NCBI GenBank assembly: GCA_044892525.1
Contig: CM097885.1
Span: forward strand, 176,514,001-176,577,768
Source: Schmidtea polychroa
Taxonomy: Eukaryota
Length of the DNA: 63,768 nt
Direction: 5' to 3'
Shown one piece after another: positions 47,991 through 61,279 of this stretch. Numbering within the stretch: the stretch's first letter is position 1; each line of letters begins with the position of its first letter. Both the position numbers and the translations under genes were made by a program. The notes beneath the pieces are model-generated. The model saw only the letters and a program-made list of their open reading frames with translations. It made no database searches and was not told the DNA's origin.

Positions 47991-49047
47991 GATTGTTTGA
48001 TGCATTATTATTTTTATAGTTTAAAGAATATATAATTTTTTTGCTGATGGTCATTTCAAATTTATTTTACAGAAAGAACACTGATTTAATAGTTTTTTTG
48101 TTTAAATATTCAAATATTTAAATATTAAATATGTTTTTAAATAACAATTCAATATTAAAATTGTTGCCATATGAAAATGGAAGTCCCCAAGAGGCAAATA
48201 TTCCAAAGCAGAAAGTTTCAATGCCTGCTTCATTTGAAAATGGGATTTTTCTCATGTTGGAAAAAATGGAAAAAAAGTTTGACGATCTTCAGAGTAAGTT
48301 TGATTTGATTGTCAGTATTTTGAATGTTGCTAAATATAATGATTTTAATAATGCATCAAATAATTTAAATGTACCTTTGGATAATTTTAATTTAATTAAT
48401 GATATTAAAGATGTTCCACTTACAGTGAATATAATAAGGTTTTACCGGTTAGAGGAAATGATTTGTCTAATGAATTTTGTGAATTATATGATGAAACAGC
48501 TTTGAATTCTCTAAATATGGTTTCTAGTAAAATAAATAATTCTAATGAACCTATGAAAAAAAACAAAAGAAAATTAAAATTACTTCTAAATCAAGGAATG
48601 TATTAAATAAAGATAATGACAATTTTAGTTTTGATTATTTATGTAGAGTACTGTCAAAAAAAAGAGAGAAATAGTTTAATTAATAATACGCCCTGTTTTG
48701 CGAATTTATTAAAATTGAAAGAATCAAAATATAAATTTGATATTTTGAATAAAGAACTTTCTTTAATAAAAAAAGAAAATTTCAATTTATTAATTGATTT
48801 CCACCACCTTTTTTCATTGGAACCACAACATTTGCGTCGTAATGAAATTAAATCAAAATAATAAAATGAAATTTCGTAAAAAATTCCTAGTAATAATAAA
48901 ACTTTTGTTTGCAATAGTTAAATCCATCTTTAGATCCATTTTTAAATTTGCAACAAAAATTTTGAAACTAACAATATATATTTAATCAAAGAATTTATAA
49001 ATAACAAGCTTTAATTAATTCACAAAAACCGCCAATATCAAATTATT
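47991..49047 (+). mobile_element. Probable 5' segment of the NeSL-like element (repeats A and B)
   Basis: 47991-48285 matches 59326-59618 and 48916-49047 matches 53216-53335; ORF-like pieces on the plus strand. Confidence 0.55.
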
Positions 49048-52000
49048 GTCTTATTGTCTTATCCATAGCTCTCATAGTGTCTGCGGCTTTACTCGAATTA
49101 AATCTCACGTCTTCGATTCTTTCGCTTCTTGATATCTCGGCTTGTTTCAGATTAGAGTGTAGGTTAACACTCCGTCCATAAATTATCTCAAATGGTGATA
49201 AACCTGTAGCACTTTGTCGACTGCTATTTATAGTGAACTCTATTCTGGGTAGAAGTTCGTGCCAGTTTCTCTCTTCATATCCGCCTGCCAATGTTGCTGT
49301 AATAAGATCTCTTATCGTTCGTATGGATCTTTCGGCTAAACCATTTGATTGGTGCTGGTAAGGTGAGCTGAATTCCTGTTTGATTCCAAGTTTCTGTAGT
49401 TTCTGTCTTAGGAAATTCCCTTCGAAATTTCGGCCTCTATCTGTTAAAATGCTCTTCGGTTTTCAAAATCGTTAGATAAGTATTGTTTTGAAAATGGTCC
49501 CTTCGTCTTGCTTTGTGATTGCAGTTAAAGAAATCAGTTTGCTAAAACGGTCCACCATTACTACCATATATTTTTTCATGGCGTTTATTTCCATGTAAGC
49601 CACCTCTATAACAATCTGTTCTAGGAATTCAGAGCTATATCTAGAAATAAATGTTTCCTTGGTTCTTGTCTGATCGATCTTGCAACATCGTAAACAGAGT
49701 TGGATTGTTTCTTGCATTTTCGGCCAATAAAATATCTTTTCCATATAATGAAATAATTTCTTAACTCCAATGTGACATAGTTCTTCATGTAGGGTTGTTG
49801 TTAACAGACCTGCAAATGTTTCTGGACTAACATTAAGATATTTCTGTTCTTTTCTACTGTTATTAATCCTCCATCAATTCGAGTATTTTTTACGTTAAAA
49901 GGAAAACAATTCTTTTTCTCCCGTGTACATCCATTTCCAATATCTCTGCAGCTCTCGAAACTGAATGTCCTTTTGTTGTTGTTCCCATACTTTTTCCATA
50001 GCTTCTGTTCTTTGGATAATATATATATATATATATATATAATCTTTGATTTTCCTTCCTTAGCTTCTTCATGTCTTGTTTGACACTGGGTGCAAACCAT
50101 ACTTTTTAATCTTGATAGTCCATCTGCATTTGAGTGTTCTTCGCCTTTCCGATATTTTAGTTCAAAATCATATTCCGACAGGTTAGCTAACCATGTTTGG
50201 AACTGCGGACTGATTGGTGTTTTTGTAGTGTTCATAAAAACCAATGCCTTGTGGTCGGTGCGAATTATGAATTTTTCCCGTACAGATATTCTTTAAAATG
50301 CATGATGTATTCATGTACGGCGAGCAGTTCTTTCCTGGTTACATAGTATCCCTTTTCATGTGATGACATATATCTCGAGCCATAAGCTATGACAGATTCT
50401 TCTCCATCTTCTGTAATTTGACTCAAAACTGCACCAATGGCTCCGAAACTAGCGTCTGTGTCTAAGATAAAAGTCCTATCTTTTGGAAAATCAAGGATAG
50501 GTGCTTCGCACAACCGTCTCTTCAGAGTTTGGAAGCTCTCATTGCATTCTTTAGTCCAATATATATCTTTATCGCATCCAGATGTTGCAGTTTATAATGG
50601 TTCGGCGATTTTGGCATAGTCTTTGATGAATCTTTTATAGTAGTTCGTTAATCCGAGATATGATCTCAATTGTTTTGAACATTTTGGTACTTCTGCTTTC
50701 TCGATCTCTTCCACTTTCTTCCTGTTTGTCTGGATACCCTTCTCGTTAATTGTGTGACCAAGGAAACACAATTCTTTTTTATTGAATTTGTATTTTTCTG
50801 GATTTATCTTCAGTCCTGCCACTTGAATTCTTCTGAATATTTCCCTTAATAGCTCATCGTGGTCTTTTTGACTTTTACCATATACCAAGATATCATCTAG
50901 ATAAACTACTACTCCCTTAAATAGCATTCCTTCTAGCACTGTGTGCATCACTCTCTGGAATGTCGCAGGAGCTGTTGCTAAGCGAAACGGTAGTCTATTG
51001 AAGCAAAATTGTCCTTCTCTTGTACTGAATGCAGTCATTTCTTGAATTTCTGGAGCCAACTCCACTTGATAATACGCCTGACCTAAATCGATTGACGAAA
51101 ATATTTTTGCATTCGCGAGACAGTCTAGTAAGAATTTGGTGTTAGGCATAGGAAATGACTCTTTTTCTGTTATGGAATTTAATCCACGATAATCTACACA
51201 CATCCTGATAGATCCATCTTTCTTCCCTACTATCACTAACGGGGCATTCCAAGGACTCTTGCAACACCGAATAACATTTGGTTTCATTAACTTTTTTATC
51301 AGTTCTTCAATCCTTTTCACCATGTGCATTGGTTGACGTCGAGGATGTTGTATTTTTTGGCCTCCTGTTATCCGCATCTCATGTCGAACTAAGTTTGTAA
51401 ATCCCAGATCGAATTTCGATGCCATAAAAATTCCGCCATATTCCCTGATCATTCCTTCAATATCTTTACTATTCTCACCTGCCATCTCCACTAGTGGCTT
51501 ATTTATTCTTTCTTCATCAGTGTAAATTTTGTTTATCAATGACTTTTCTATATTATTGATTTTCACTAACTTTACTCCAAAGTCTTTCATTGTATCAATG
51601 CCCCTATGAATTCGGGTTTGATCTCTTTTACCACTACTACTGTGATTATTTTGGTCTTCTGATTCCATGTGGCAGGTATAGTCATGTATCCCATTGCTTC
51701 TTCACCTCCAGTTGAAAAAACTCCGCACAATAATATCATACTACGTTTAAGTTCTGGTTTGCCTATTTTCTCCCACAAATTCTTGCTCATGACTGTTACT
51801 GATGCCCCAGAATCCCATAACATCTCTGTTTCGGCATTATTCAACATTATTTTACTCCAATTTCTTCCATCTTTCGTCTGGTACATCTCTTCTTCTGCCT
51901 CGTCTCTTCTTCGTTCATTTCTTATTTCACAATTTATTGTCTTGACTCCACCGACGAAATGAAACCCATGGAGTCGCTGATGTTTTTCCGTCTTCTCTCA

Positions 52001-53227
52001 ATATAGTATATTTCTCAGGGACACTGTATCTATCTTCCATATTGCATGATCCATTCTGAAATCCTGGCTGTTCTCGGTGTAATCTCTTGTTTCAGATTTT
52101 GAATCTTCTTCTTCTATGCACGCTATCCTTTGATATCGATGTGGAACATCTTTCCGTAACGAAAAACAATCTCGGAACCCGTGTCCTTCCTTGCCACATA
52201 TCAGGCATTTATTTCCCAGTGGACACTCATACCTTCTATGTCCTCTTTCGCCACAGTAAAAACAATCACCTACCGTTAATTTTGGGACCGATGCTTGTGG
52301 TAGTCCCCTACTTTCGTTGTACAGCCTCCTTGCAATATTCTTCATGAATATTGTTGGCAGCTTCCTTTCTGAGCCGTTCGGGATTCTCGTATTTCTCAAG
52401 AATTGCTCTCTTGGAGATTTCTCTCGACGACCATGGTTATTTCCTTCGTATTGTATTGGTCCGCGTATAGGATGTTCGTCTCTTCTTGATCTGTGGTGAC
52501 TAAAGGGGTCTTCTGATAGTCTTCTTTGTGATGATGTAGGCATGGGATTTTGGGTATTCTTTTGAATTCTCATCTTCCCTCCCTCAGTCACGCTAGCGTA
52601 TGTTCTTTGACCGATTGCTTTAATAAATTCTGTTTTATGGTTTCCGTTTTTGTTACTTTCAAAAATTTTCGCCAATGACCTCGTTTCTTCAATTTGTGTT
52701 TCTTGTTTCGTCAATAGTATCTCCCTCAGTCTCGCATTGCGTGCTTTATTTGCGATGAGGTCTTGAACAATATCTTCTTCTGATCGTCCTGAATTTACAA
52801 CTTCAGCTAAAGCTTTTCTTAGTCGTATCTCAAAAGCTGCAAACCTTTCATCATCTTCCTGTTCCATAGCTGCCAATTCTCTGATTTTGTCAGTTATTGA
52901 TTTTGTAATTGTGAATGTATTTAAGAACCACGCTTTGGCTTTTACATCTGTTGTTTCTGTTTCTCTGACGTTTCCTCACAATGTCTTTGTTTCTGCCACT
53001 AATAACACATCGAAAGTGCTTGTCAATCGCTGTCCATTTGTCAGCAACCATTCTTCTATATCCCTGATCCATTCTTCGGCTTCTTTTAAACCTCGTCCAT
53101 CATATCGTCTAATGTTCAGTGTGAGCATGTCTTGGCATGATTTCGGTAGGCATTCCATTAGCAATTTTGTCGATTTCGAAATGGCGTTGATATTTTGATT
53201 TTCGGCGTGGTCGACAGTTAAATCCAT
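49048..53227 (-). mobile_element. Ty3/Gypsy internal region (gag-PR-RT-RH-IN) lacking LTRs, disrupted
   Basis: Gag with two CCHC knuckles (CFYCGERGHRRYEC, CLICGKEGHGFRDC), LWDSGAS protease, YLDD RT, TDASFGAIGAVL RNase H, HHCC + DDE integrase placed after RNase H. Confidence 0.96.
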
Positions 53228-54793
53228 CTTTAAATTTGCAGCAAAAATCTTGAAACTAACAATATATATTTAATCAAAGAATTTATAAATAACAAGATTT
53301 AATTAATTCACAAAAACCGCCAATTCCAAATTATTTAAACAAAAAGATATCTAACTGCAATATTATTAATACTCATAATTATAGTGTTAAATTCATCTCT
53401 GCTCCATTAACAATAAAGAAATTTTTATTTTCTCTCTCTACCAAACTGGCAGAAACAGTTGGTATTAAGAATGATGTGCATAGGGTGTTGCAATTAATAA
53501 AGCATTAGACTTTCTTAAACAGCAGAAACAATTACCAGATTTTCTTGTAAAATCAGAGATAAGATATGTCAATGGAGAGTTTATGATGAGGAATCTTTCA
53601 AATTCTGATAGTCATGATAGTTCTGAAAATGAAATTGTAAGTACTGATTCAATAAACTTAACTAGATCTCAAATTAACAAACTTTATATTGACTTTCCTG
53701 AAATTAAAGAAATGTGTTTTATAGAAAACATTTCAAAAAATCCCAATAATTTGATTGATTTAATGAATTATTTAAAATTAAATAAGAAATTTCCAAAAGA
53801 AATTTATTTTTGATAATAAATCTGAGAAAAAAGAACCTGTTTCAAAAAATGCTTCAGATATTATGTTTAACCTGGGATTATTTATTCTTTTTGAAATGAA
53901 TCAAGATGATAAGGAAATAGATAGGCTCTTATCACTTCCAGTTTCACCAAATAAGACAGTTGAAATAATCTTTTATCTAAACTATTTAAACTTGAAAGGT
54001 GCTCTAAAGTATTCAACGAATATTACTTACAAAAATTATGTTTTCAACTATTTCCGCAATGTTTTACTTCTTCATTCAATCATTGAGCAGAAAAATTGCA
54101 ATTCTTTGAAAATCGATGATCTTGAAATTTGGGGTTCTGAATTAGTTGATAAAATTCCTACAACTTCATATTTCAAAATTAGTTGTCAGGAAGAACTGAT
54201 AAAGTTTAAACAATGGATGCTGACAGGCGAAATTGATAAATTAAAAAACATAATTTCTCAGGATACAATTAGTAGAATAAATAAATTTGTACAATTAATT
54301 AGTAAATCATATCCAATCAAAGAAAATCAATTGAGTATGATAGACTCATTCTTAACTCACATCAACGATTTCCGTTCTGAAGGAGCCGACACTTGCACAA
54401 TTAAAGCTAAGCGATTATTATATTTTATCATTAGAGATAAGAAGCGATTCCTTCTTAACAATAAAGATGATTTCCAAGTTCCTATGACATGTCGACAAAT
54501 CTGTACAATAGAAATGAACTCTGTTATTGTTGATCTTCTTAAATCTCTTGAAAATCTGATGAGTTTTAAAGAAACTATTAACCCTACAGATTCCACTGAC
54601 AATTCTAATACCTTCTGTAAAGATGTGGATACTTGCTACACTGTTGAGAACTTTGAAAATGGAATTTTTGAGAAAAGATTTATTTAAATGTTGATATTAA
54701 TGAGGAATCATTGGCTTCTTTAACATTAAAAGGTGCAGATATTAAAAAAATGACAACGAGAAAAGATATGAAATCGTTGAAGGCAAACTCCAA

Positions 54794-55440
54794 GTGAAGT
54801 TATCAGCATCAACAACTACTACATTGCCAGGTGGGACTGATGCAGAATGCACCTTTGATAATTTTGATTTTGAATGTTGGTTTACTGATGACGACATTGA
54901 TTATTATTTTGAAAGTCACATTAGTAATCCAAGGTTTACATTCATTAAATGTTTTGTTACGAGTATTTTATGCTCAAATATTTCAGAAGAAATTGTTCCA
55001 ATTTCCAATAACATTTTTGAAGCTCGAGTTATCTTATGCCCTCTCAACATTAACAACTGCCACTGGATTTTATTTGTTTATTGTAAAGTTTCCTGTAACT
55101 CATACTTCATCGATCCTATCTTTACAAACAAGAGAAGGGTAGAAAATAAAGAAAGTGCACATATAATAAAATTGGTTCTAAATAATAAATTTTCACTTTA
55201 AAATACAATAGTTGATAATCCCCATCAAAATCTTGAATATCAAAATAACAATTTTGATTGCGGACCTTACATTTGCGCTTATGCAATGATTGTGTGTAAA
55301 GAATGGAACTGTTTTCCTGCAAATTTTATTCTTAATATTAGGAAAGAGATTTGCTTGTTTCAGAAATTTAAATCGATCCATAATACTAATATATCGGAGG
55401 TGGAATTTCGAAAGATCACTTCCTTAATAAAATCAACTTT
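54794..55440 (+). pseudogene. Ulp1/SENP (peptidase C48) domain of the retrotransposon
   Basis: WFTDDDID, PLNINNCHWIL (His), YFIDP (Asp), then in the same frame past one TAA: YQNNNFDCGPYIC (Gln, Cys). Confidence 0.88.
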
Positions 55441-55452
55441 AAAAAAGCAATT

Positions 55453-56473
55453 GTGTTAAAAAATAAACAACAAAATAAAATATTAGAACCTTTAAAGCTT
55501 ATTCATGACAAAGCTTGCGTCTCGACTCTTTTAAAGAAGTGGTTTGAAAATAACCAAAAGATATTGGTTCTTTCTCCAGATCTAACAGTCAACTTGGTAG
55601 CTCAAAACAATGCTTATATTATCGAGCATGTTATGTTTAGACAATTTAAATGATAACTATTGGTGTCTTTTTCTCTGTTCCACTTTTCTTGGCTTCAGCT
55701 ACATCTTTGATGTTCGATCTTCTCAAAATATCAATAAAAGACTTTTAGGAATAGGAGAAAATATGACTGATTACTTAAATAAATTTATTCTAGATAAAGC
55801 AATTAAATTTAAGAAAACACATAGTCTTTTTAGGTCTACTATTTTCTCTGATGAACCAATATCTCATACCACAACTATCATACTCTTTTTAGAGGAATTT
55901 ACTTCTGGGAATGTTGTAAATAGAGATGAAGTAATTGATGCATTTAGAACTATGCAATCCAAATTTCGAAATCAAGTTTCCGAAAATTTGAATTTATTAA
56001 ATTGTAAAATATCTGAAACTATTGTAACAAATTTTTTCAAAAATTTAAATTTATCTACAAATTTCATCTTTTTAAATAATACAATGTGCACAGCAATACT
56101 GGATGATTGCACTGACTATTTGAAAGAATTTTTAAATATTGATCATTTAATGAAAGCACAAATTGTATTTACTATAATAGCCCCTCCAAAAGCTCAACAA
56201 ATTTTGTTTGTCATCGACAGCAGCACGGATGAACATTATTTACTTAATCCTTCATCTTTATTGACTAATATTCCATACCTTTGTACTGCAGAAAATGTTT
56301 TGACTAAAATCAATGAAATAAGAGAAACTCCTGGTCTTTGTAAAAAATCTGGTAACTGCCCACATGATGTTCGTGGCTCTGGTCTTGTTAGCAAGATTCT
56401 CATTTGTGCGTTTATAAAAAACTACGCTTTAGATCTGTCTTTGGAAAACGTTAATCTACATGAAATGTCATAA
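55453..56473 (+). pseudogene. Two degenerate Ulp1-like repeats
   Basis: NDNYWCLFL..SYIFD and NFIFLNNTMCTAIL..AQIVFTII..QQILFVI..HYLLNP..ILICAF echo domain 1 but lack the catalytic His/Cys. Confidence 0.55.
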
Positions 56474-56592
56474 AGTCTTTGTTACCGATTGTGCAAGATA
56501 CGATGAAAGATCCTATAAAGAATTTAGCTGACGATAAAAAATGTATAAAACTTAAACTTGAATAACATATAAATTTAATAAAAGAGCATGCG

Positions 56593-58455
56593 TTGTCTTT
56601 ACAAGAATCGAATGTAAATGAAATAAACAACTTTATTATTACAGAAATATTTAATGGCAAGGAAATTAAGGAAACTAAGATCCGTAAACCATATTTAGAA
56701 AATAAAATTAGCAAAGACAAACAACCTAAAAGTAATCTAACTGCCTCTTTCAATCGTAATATGAAAATAACTGTAAATAAAATTTTAAATAATGATGAGA
56801 TAAATGATCGGCCAACAATTACAGATCACAATAATAATTTTAACCATCGAGATCCCATTGTTAGAAATTATGATAATGTCTTAAAATTTGGTATAAAATC
56901 TAAAACAATTCTTTTACTCCGACCGATAGTAGATAAGGAGGTTGTTTTTGAATTAAAAATAGCTGATAATACATCTCCTGGACTTGATGGAATTCAATAT
57001 AAGGATATTGCAATTCTTGATCCAGAGGGTAAATTGTTGACTCTTCTTTACAACAAAATCATAACAGAAAATACTGTGCCGGAAGTTTGGAAATCTTTTA
57101 AGACTCTGATGATTCCTAAACCTGAGAAGGGAGATAAATATACTTTGATTTATTCTTGGCGCCCTATTGCTTTGTTATCGGTGGTCTATAAGATATTTGC
57201 GTCGATTTCAGCCAGGTGCCTTACACTATGGGTAAAACAAAACAATCTACTTCATATCGGACAAAAAGGTGGTTCTGTACACGTTGGTTGTGTGGAACAC
57301 AATTCAATACTTTCTTCTTGCCTGGAACACTCAAAATATAGTAAAAATAGACCTATTGCTCTTGGGTTTCTTGACATCAAAGATGCTTTTGGTAGTGTAC
57401 CCCATGATTACTTGTGGAAGATTTTGCGACATATTGGGGTTTGTAAAAAATTCACGAACACTTTAAAATTATTATACACTGATACCAGCTCCTTCTACAC
57501 TTGTGGTCCGATAATAACTCCGCATATTTCAATAAAGCAAGGTGTCAAACAAGGATGTCCTCTTTCCATGATTTTGTTCGCATTTCAATTAACCCTGTTC
57601 TTCAAGCTGTTAGTCTTTCTAATGTTGAACCTTTCAAAATTGGCGATTCTTCAATCCAAGTTCTCTCATATGCTGATGATGTCGCTCTTATCGTTAATAA
57701 TACTCATAAAATATCATAAAAGTTGCTTTCGATACAGCCTGTGAAATTGGGTTTGAATACCGACCAGAAAAATGTGCTTATATCCAGTTGCCAAATATTG
57801 ACACTGTTAGTGAAGTGTCAATTGACAATATTAAAATAAAGAAATTATTAACAAAAGAATTTTACCAGTATCTTGGAGTACCAATAGAAAGAAGAACTTG
57901 ACCAAAGTCCTTATGAAATATTAAATAAAGTAGTTAGTGATACAAAGAAACTAACAGATTCTGATTTATTTGGATGGCAAAAATTGAAAGCATACAAAGT
58001 CTTCCTTCACTCTCGTTTAGTGTTCCCTTTTAGAACTAGAGAAATTAAGATTAATGCTCTTAATGCTCACTACACAACTTCGTTGTCACTTGAGAAAGAT
58101 GATGAATTTGCCCGAACAATCTGAAATTAGCTATTTTTATAACTTCATTGAAAAGGGTTGTGCATCTTGTACTGATCTCCTTGATGAATACCACACACAG
58201 ACGATAAGTCATTTTTTCAGACTATTTACATCAAATTGTGAATATACTAGAAGGATTAATATCGACTCATTAAAGTTTGTCACTGGACCTAGGCTTGGAA
58301 ATAACCAACCATCATTACAAGAAAGCTTCAATTGGCTTAAGGAGCCAACATCGTCAAACATCATTCAGGAAAGAAAACTCGATTTTATCGACCACGTACT
58401 GTCATTCAGTTCTTTGAAAAAATTCACAACATTACAATTAGTTTTGAAGTGTTGA
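56593..58455 (+). pseudogene. Non-LTR reverse transcriptase and thumb
   Basis: PGLDGIQY, LMIPKPEKG, WRPIALLSVVYKIF, QKGG..GCVEH, FLDIKDAFGSVPH, GVKQGCPLS, YADD, YQYLGV; frameshifted. Confidence 0.95.
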
Positions 58456-58739
58456 AAAATGAACCTACTCTTCGTCTTACAACACTTTTACGCGGTACAA
58501 TGATTTTGACTCACTTAGACCGCCGTTCCATTTCCAAAATCTTTCATTTAGTCCTCTATGATTCTTATTTTACAAAATGGAAGAACAGTAATATAGTAAT
58601 ATAGTAAGTGGATCAACGACATTTAACTTATTTCCTAACATCAATAAAGCGATATTTAAAGGAGAATTGGCGGAAAGTCCTTGGAGATTTATTCATCGAG
58701 CAAGGACAAACACTCTAGCTAATCTTTAGAAACCATACA

Positions 58740-59296
58740 GAAATCCTGAGGATAGAATTTGTAGGCGCTGTCATTGTGAGGAGGAGACTTTGATACATGT
58801 TCTACAAAAGTGTAATGTTCATAAAACTCTTGCTCTTAAACGCCACAACGACTGTCTTCAACAGATTACTCACCATTTAAAGAACCCTTCACTTATTGTA
58901 GTTGTTGATCACACTTGTTCCCTAGTACCTGACTCTAAAGAACGAGTTGATCTAATCATAACCAACAACGAGAAAAAAACAATTCTTATGGTTGATATCA
59001 AATGTCCGTTTGATTCAGTGGAGATATTTGAGAAAGCTGACAAAGGGAATATTGCTAAATATGACTCTTTGAAAAATAAAATACAGGCTATAAAACCGAA
59101 CTTTGTTGTAGAACTATATACTTGTATAATCGGCTCTATAGATTCTGTTCCACTACCTACTCATGACCTACTTTTAAAGATGGGGGTTCCACTATTAAAA
59201 ATACCTGGTCTCCTAAACGCATGTGCATTGAGCAACATAACCAATTCATCAAAAACGTGGCATTACCACGCCACTGTCGTGCTTCCAGATTATTAA
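58740..59296 (+). pseudogene. CCHC finger + restriction-like endonuclease
   Basis: CRRCHCEEETLIHVLQKC, RHN, RVDLII, VDIKCPF (PD-(D/E)xK type). Confidence 0.9.
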
Positions 59297-59325
59297 ATTT
59301 AATCGTATTAAAAATAAAATTTATT

Positions 59326-59618
59326 GATTGTTTGATGCATTATTATTTTTATTGCTTAAAGAATATATCATTTATTTTGCTGAAGGTCATTTCAAATTTA
59401 TTTTACAAAAAGAACACAGAATTAATCGTTTTTTTGTTTGAATATTCAAATATTTAAATATTAAATGTTTTTAAATAACAATTCAATGTTAAAATTGTTG
59501 CCATATGAAAATGGAAGTTCCCAAGAGGCAAATATTCCAAAGCAGAAAGTTTCATTGCCTGCTTCATTTGAAAATGGGATTTTTCTCATGTTGGAAAAAA
59601 TGGAAAAAAGTTTGACGA
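59326..59618 (+). repeat. Repeat A, second copy
   Basis: Near-identical to 47991-48285; starts directly after the 3' end of the non-LTR element. Confidence 0.9.
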
Positions 59619-59919
59619 AATTTTGCTGTCACCAAAAAAGAAACAAGAGACCAAATTATATATCAATCCGCCATTTTTTAGGAATCGTTTAGAGCTAATA
59701 GAATGAGCAAAGCCGGAGAAAGAAAGCCCGATGAAAATCAGTTGTGCCAGAGAAAATTCAAAGAGAAATTTTCTATTCAGACAATTGTTTTTCTCCAAAT
59801 TGATATTCATAACAGAAAAGTTGTCTCTATGGAAAATTATCTATTTGAATGGCGGGTTCCAAGTTGAACCGTTTATTCTAACGAAAAGAAAAACTTGTTG
59901 TATTAATAAATTTTTAAAG

Positions 59920-60240
59920 TAGTGGTAGCTGTCGCTGTCGTTGTCGTTGTGGTAGTCGTAGTCGTAGTCGTAGTCATGGTTGTGGTAGTGGTGGTTACTA
60001 GACGGAGACAGTTAGCAAGCAGTGACCACTAAGTTTGACGACACAGTAACCATGATAAGTACGTGGTCAGTTAGCAACAGGTTTGTATATGACGCAATAA
60101 GCACGCTATTGGTCATTTAGTAACATTGTGTGTATTACGTAAAGGTCACACGAATGGTCAGTTAGTAACAGTTTATACATTACATAATCGGCCATTATTA
60201 TGTAATCATAATACCACCATTTGTATCTGACGGGCTTACA
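59920..60240 (-). repeat. LTR-like repeat C2
   Basis: Homologous to C1; minus strand begins TGTAAG at 60240 after a purine-rich AGTAGAAGGT. Confidence 0.65.
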
Positions 60241-60965
60241 ACCTTCTACTAATATACCATTAAAAACTACAATTATTTTTCTTCATTAATAAAATACATT
60301 ATAATCTAACTTAGTTGATATAAAAAATTGAAAAATAATTAAAATGAAAAAAAGATAATTATTTATTTCAATAAATAGAATTTACCATTAAAAATTAGAA
60401 TCAATTTTTAAAAAATTCGAATTTATTGAATTTTATTTATTGTTCAATTAGACATGGACAATAATTAAATTCCAGGACATAAATTAAAATCTTAAAGTTT
60501 AAATTTAAAATAATTAAACAAGAACACATTTATCGATATTCCTGATGCTTACCCATTTTTAATTTACACCTTGGTTGTATTTAGTAAAATTGAAAATAGA
60601 AAATGGATAAGAGCTTTTTTTAGCTTATGAATTTAGCATAATGTGAATCAATAACAGATTTTCTCAAATATTTCAAGGTTTAAAATCCATAAACCAGATT
60701 AGAGTCATTTGAGAAATTACTTTCATTACATTTAGGAATCCTATCCTAAATGTAGGATGAAACAAGGCATTTAAGAATAAATATTACATTTTAATCTAGC
60801 AATAAAAAAATATACATTAAAATCTAAACTAGTTTATCTAAAAATTTGAAAAATATTTATATGGAACATGCACACAATGTTTTTTGGCACAAGAAGACGC
60901 GAAAGTGGAAAGAATGAAAACTCGAAGAATGAACACGGTGGAAAAAACTGAAGTATATAAGTGTC

Positions 60966-61206
60966 CATGCGCGTACGCAGGGGGGGTTACTGAAGATTTA
61001 ACCCCCCCCCCCCCCCATGATTCCAACAACAATATAAAAAACTATAATTAATAAATATATAAACTTAAAACAATTTAAGAAATATTCCGAATGCCGATAT
61101 ATATAAAAAATATATATAAAATATATATAAAAATAACCCGCCCTCTATATATATAAAAATAATATATATACCCCCCCCCCATGGATTCATCCTGCGTACG
61201 CGCCTG
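60966..61206. mobile_element. hAT-type MITE
   Basis: TIRs CA(T/G)GCGCGTACGCAGG, 7/8 TSD TAAGTGTC / TAAGTGGC, internal G/C runs. Confidence 0.85.
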
Positions 61207-61279
61207 TAAGTGGCAAAAAGATAATACAGAAATAGAAATAAAAAAGAAATAGCACAGGGTTCAAGTTGGAAATTTATTC

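Larger units (their letters stand above)
53336..59325 (+). mobile_element. NeSL/R2-superfamily non-LTR retrotransposon with Ulp1 protease (body), disrupted
   Basis: Order: N-terminal region, C48 protease(s), RT, CCHC finger, restriction-like endonuclease; A-rich 3' end at 59297-59325. Confidence 0.9.

Noticed and set aside
59297-59400. Site-specific target (U2 snRNA, spliced leader, rDNA) for the NeSL-like element
   Set aside because: The flank is repeat A, with no recognisable snRNA or rRNA sequence.
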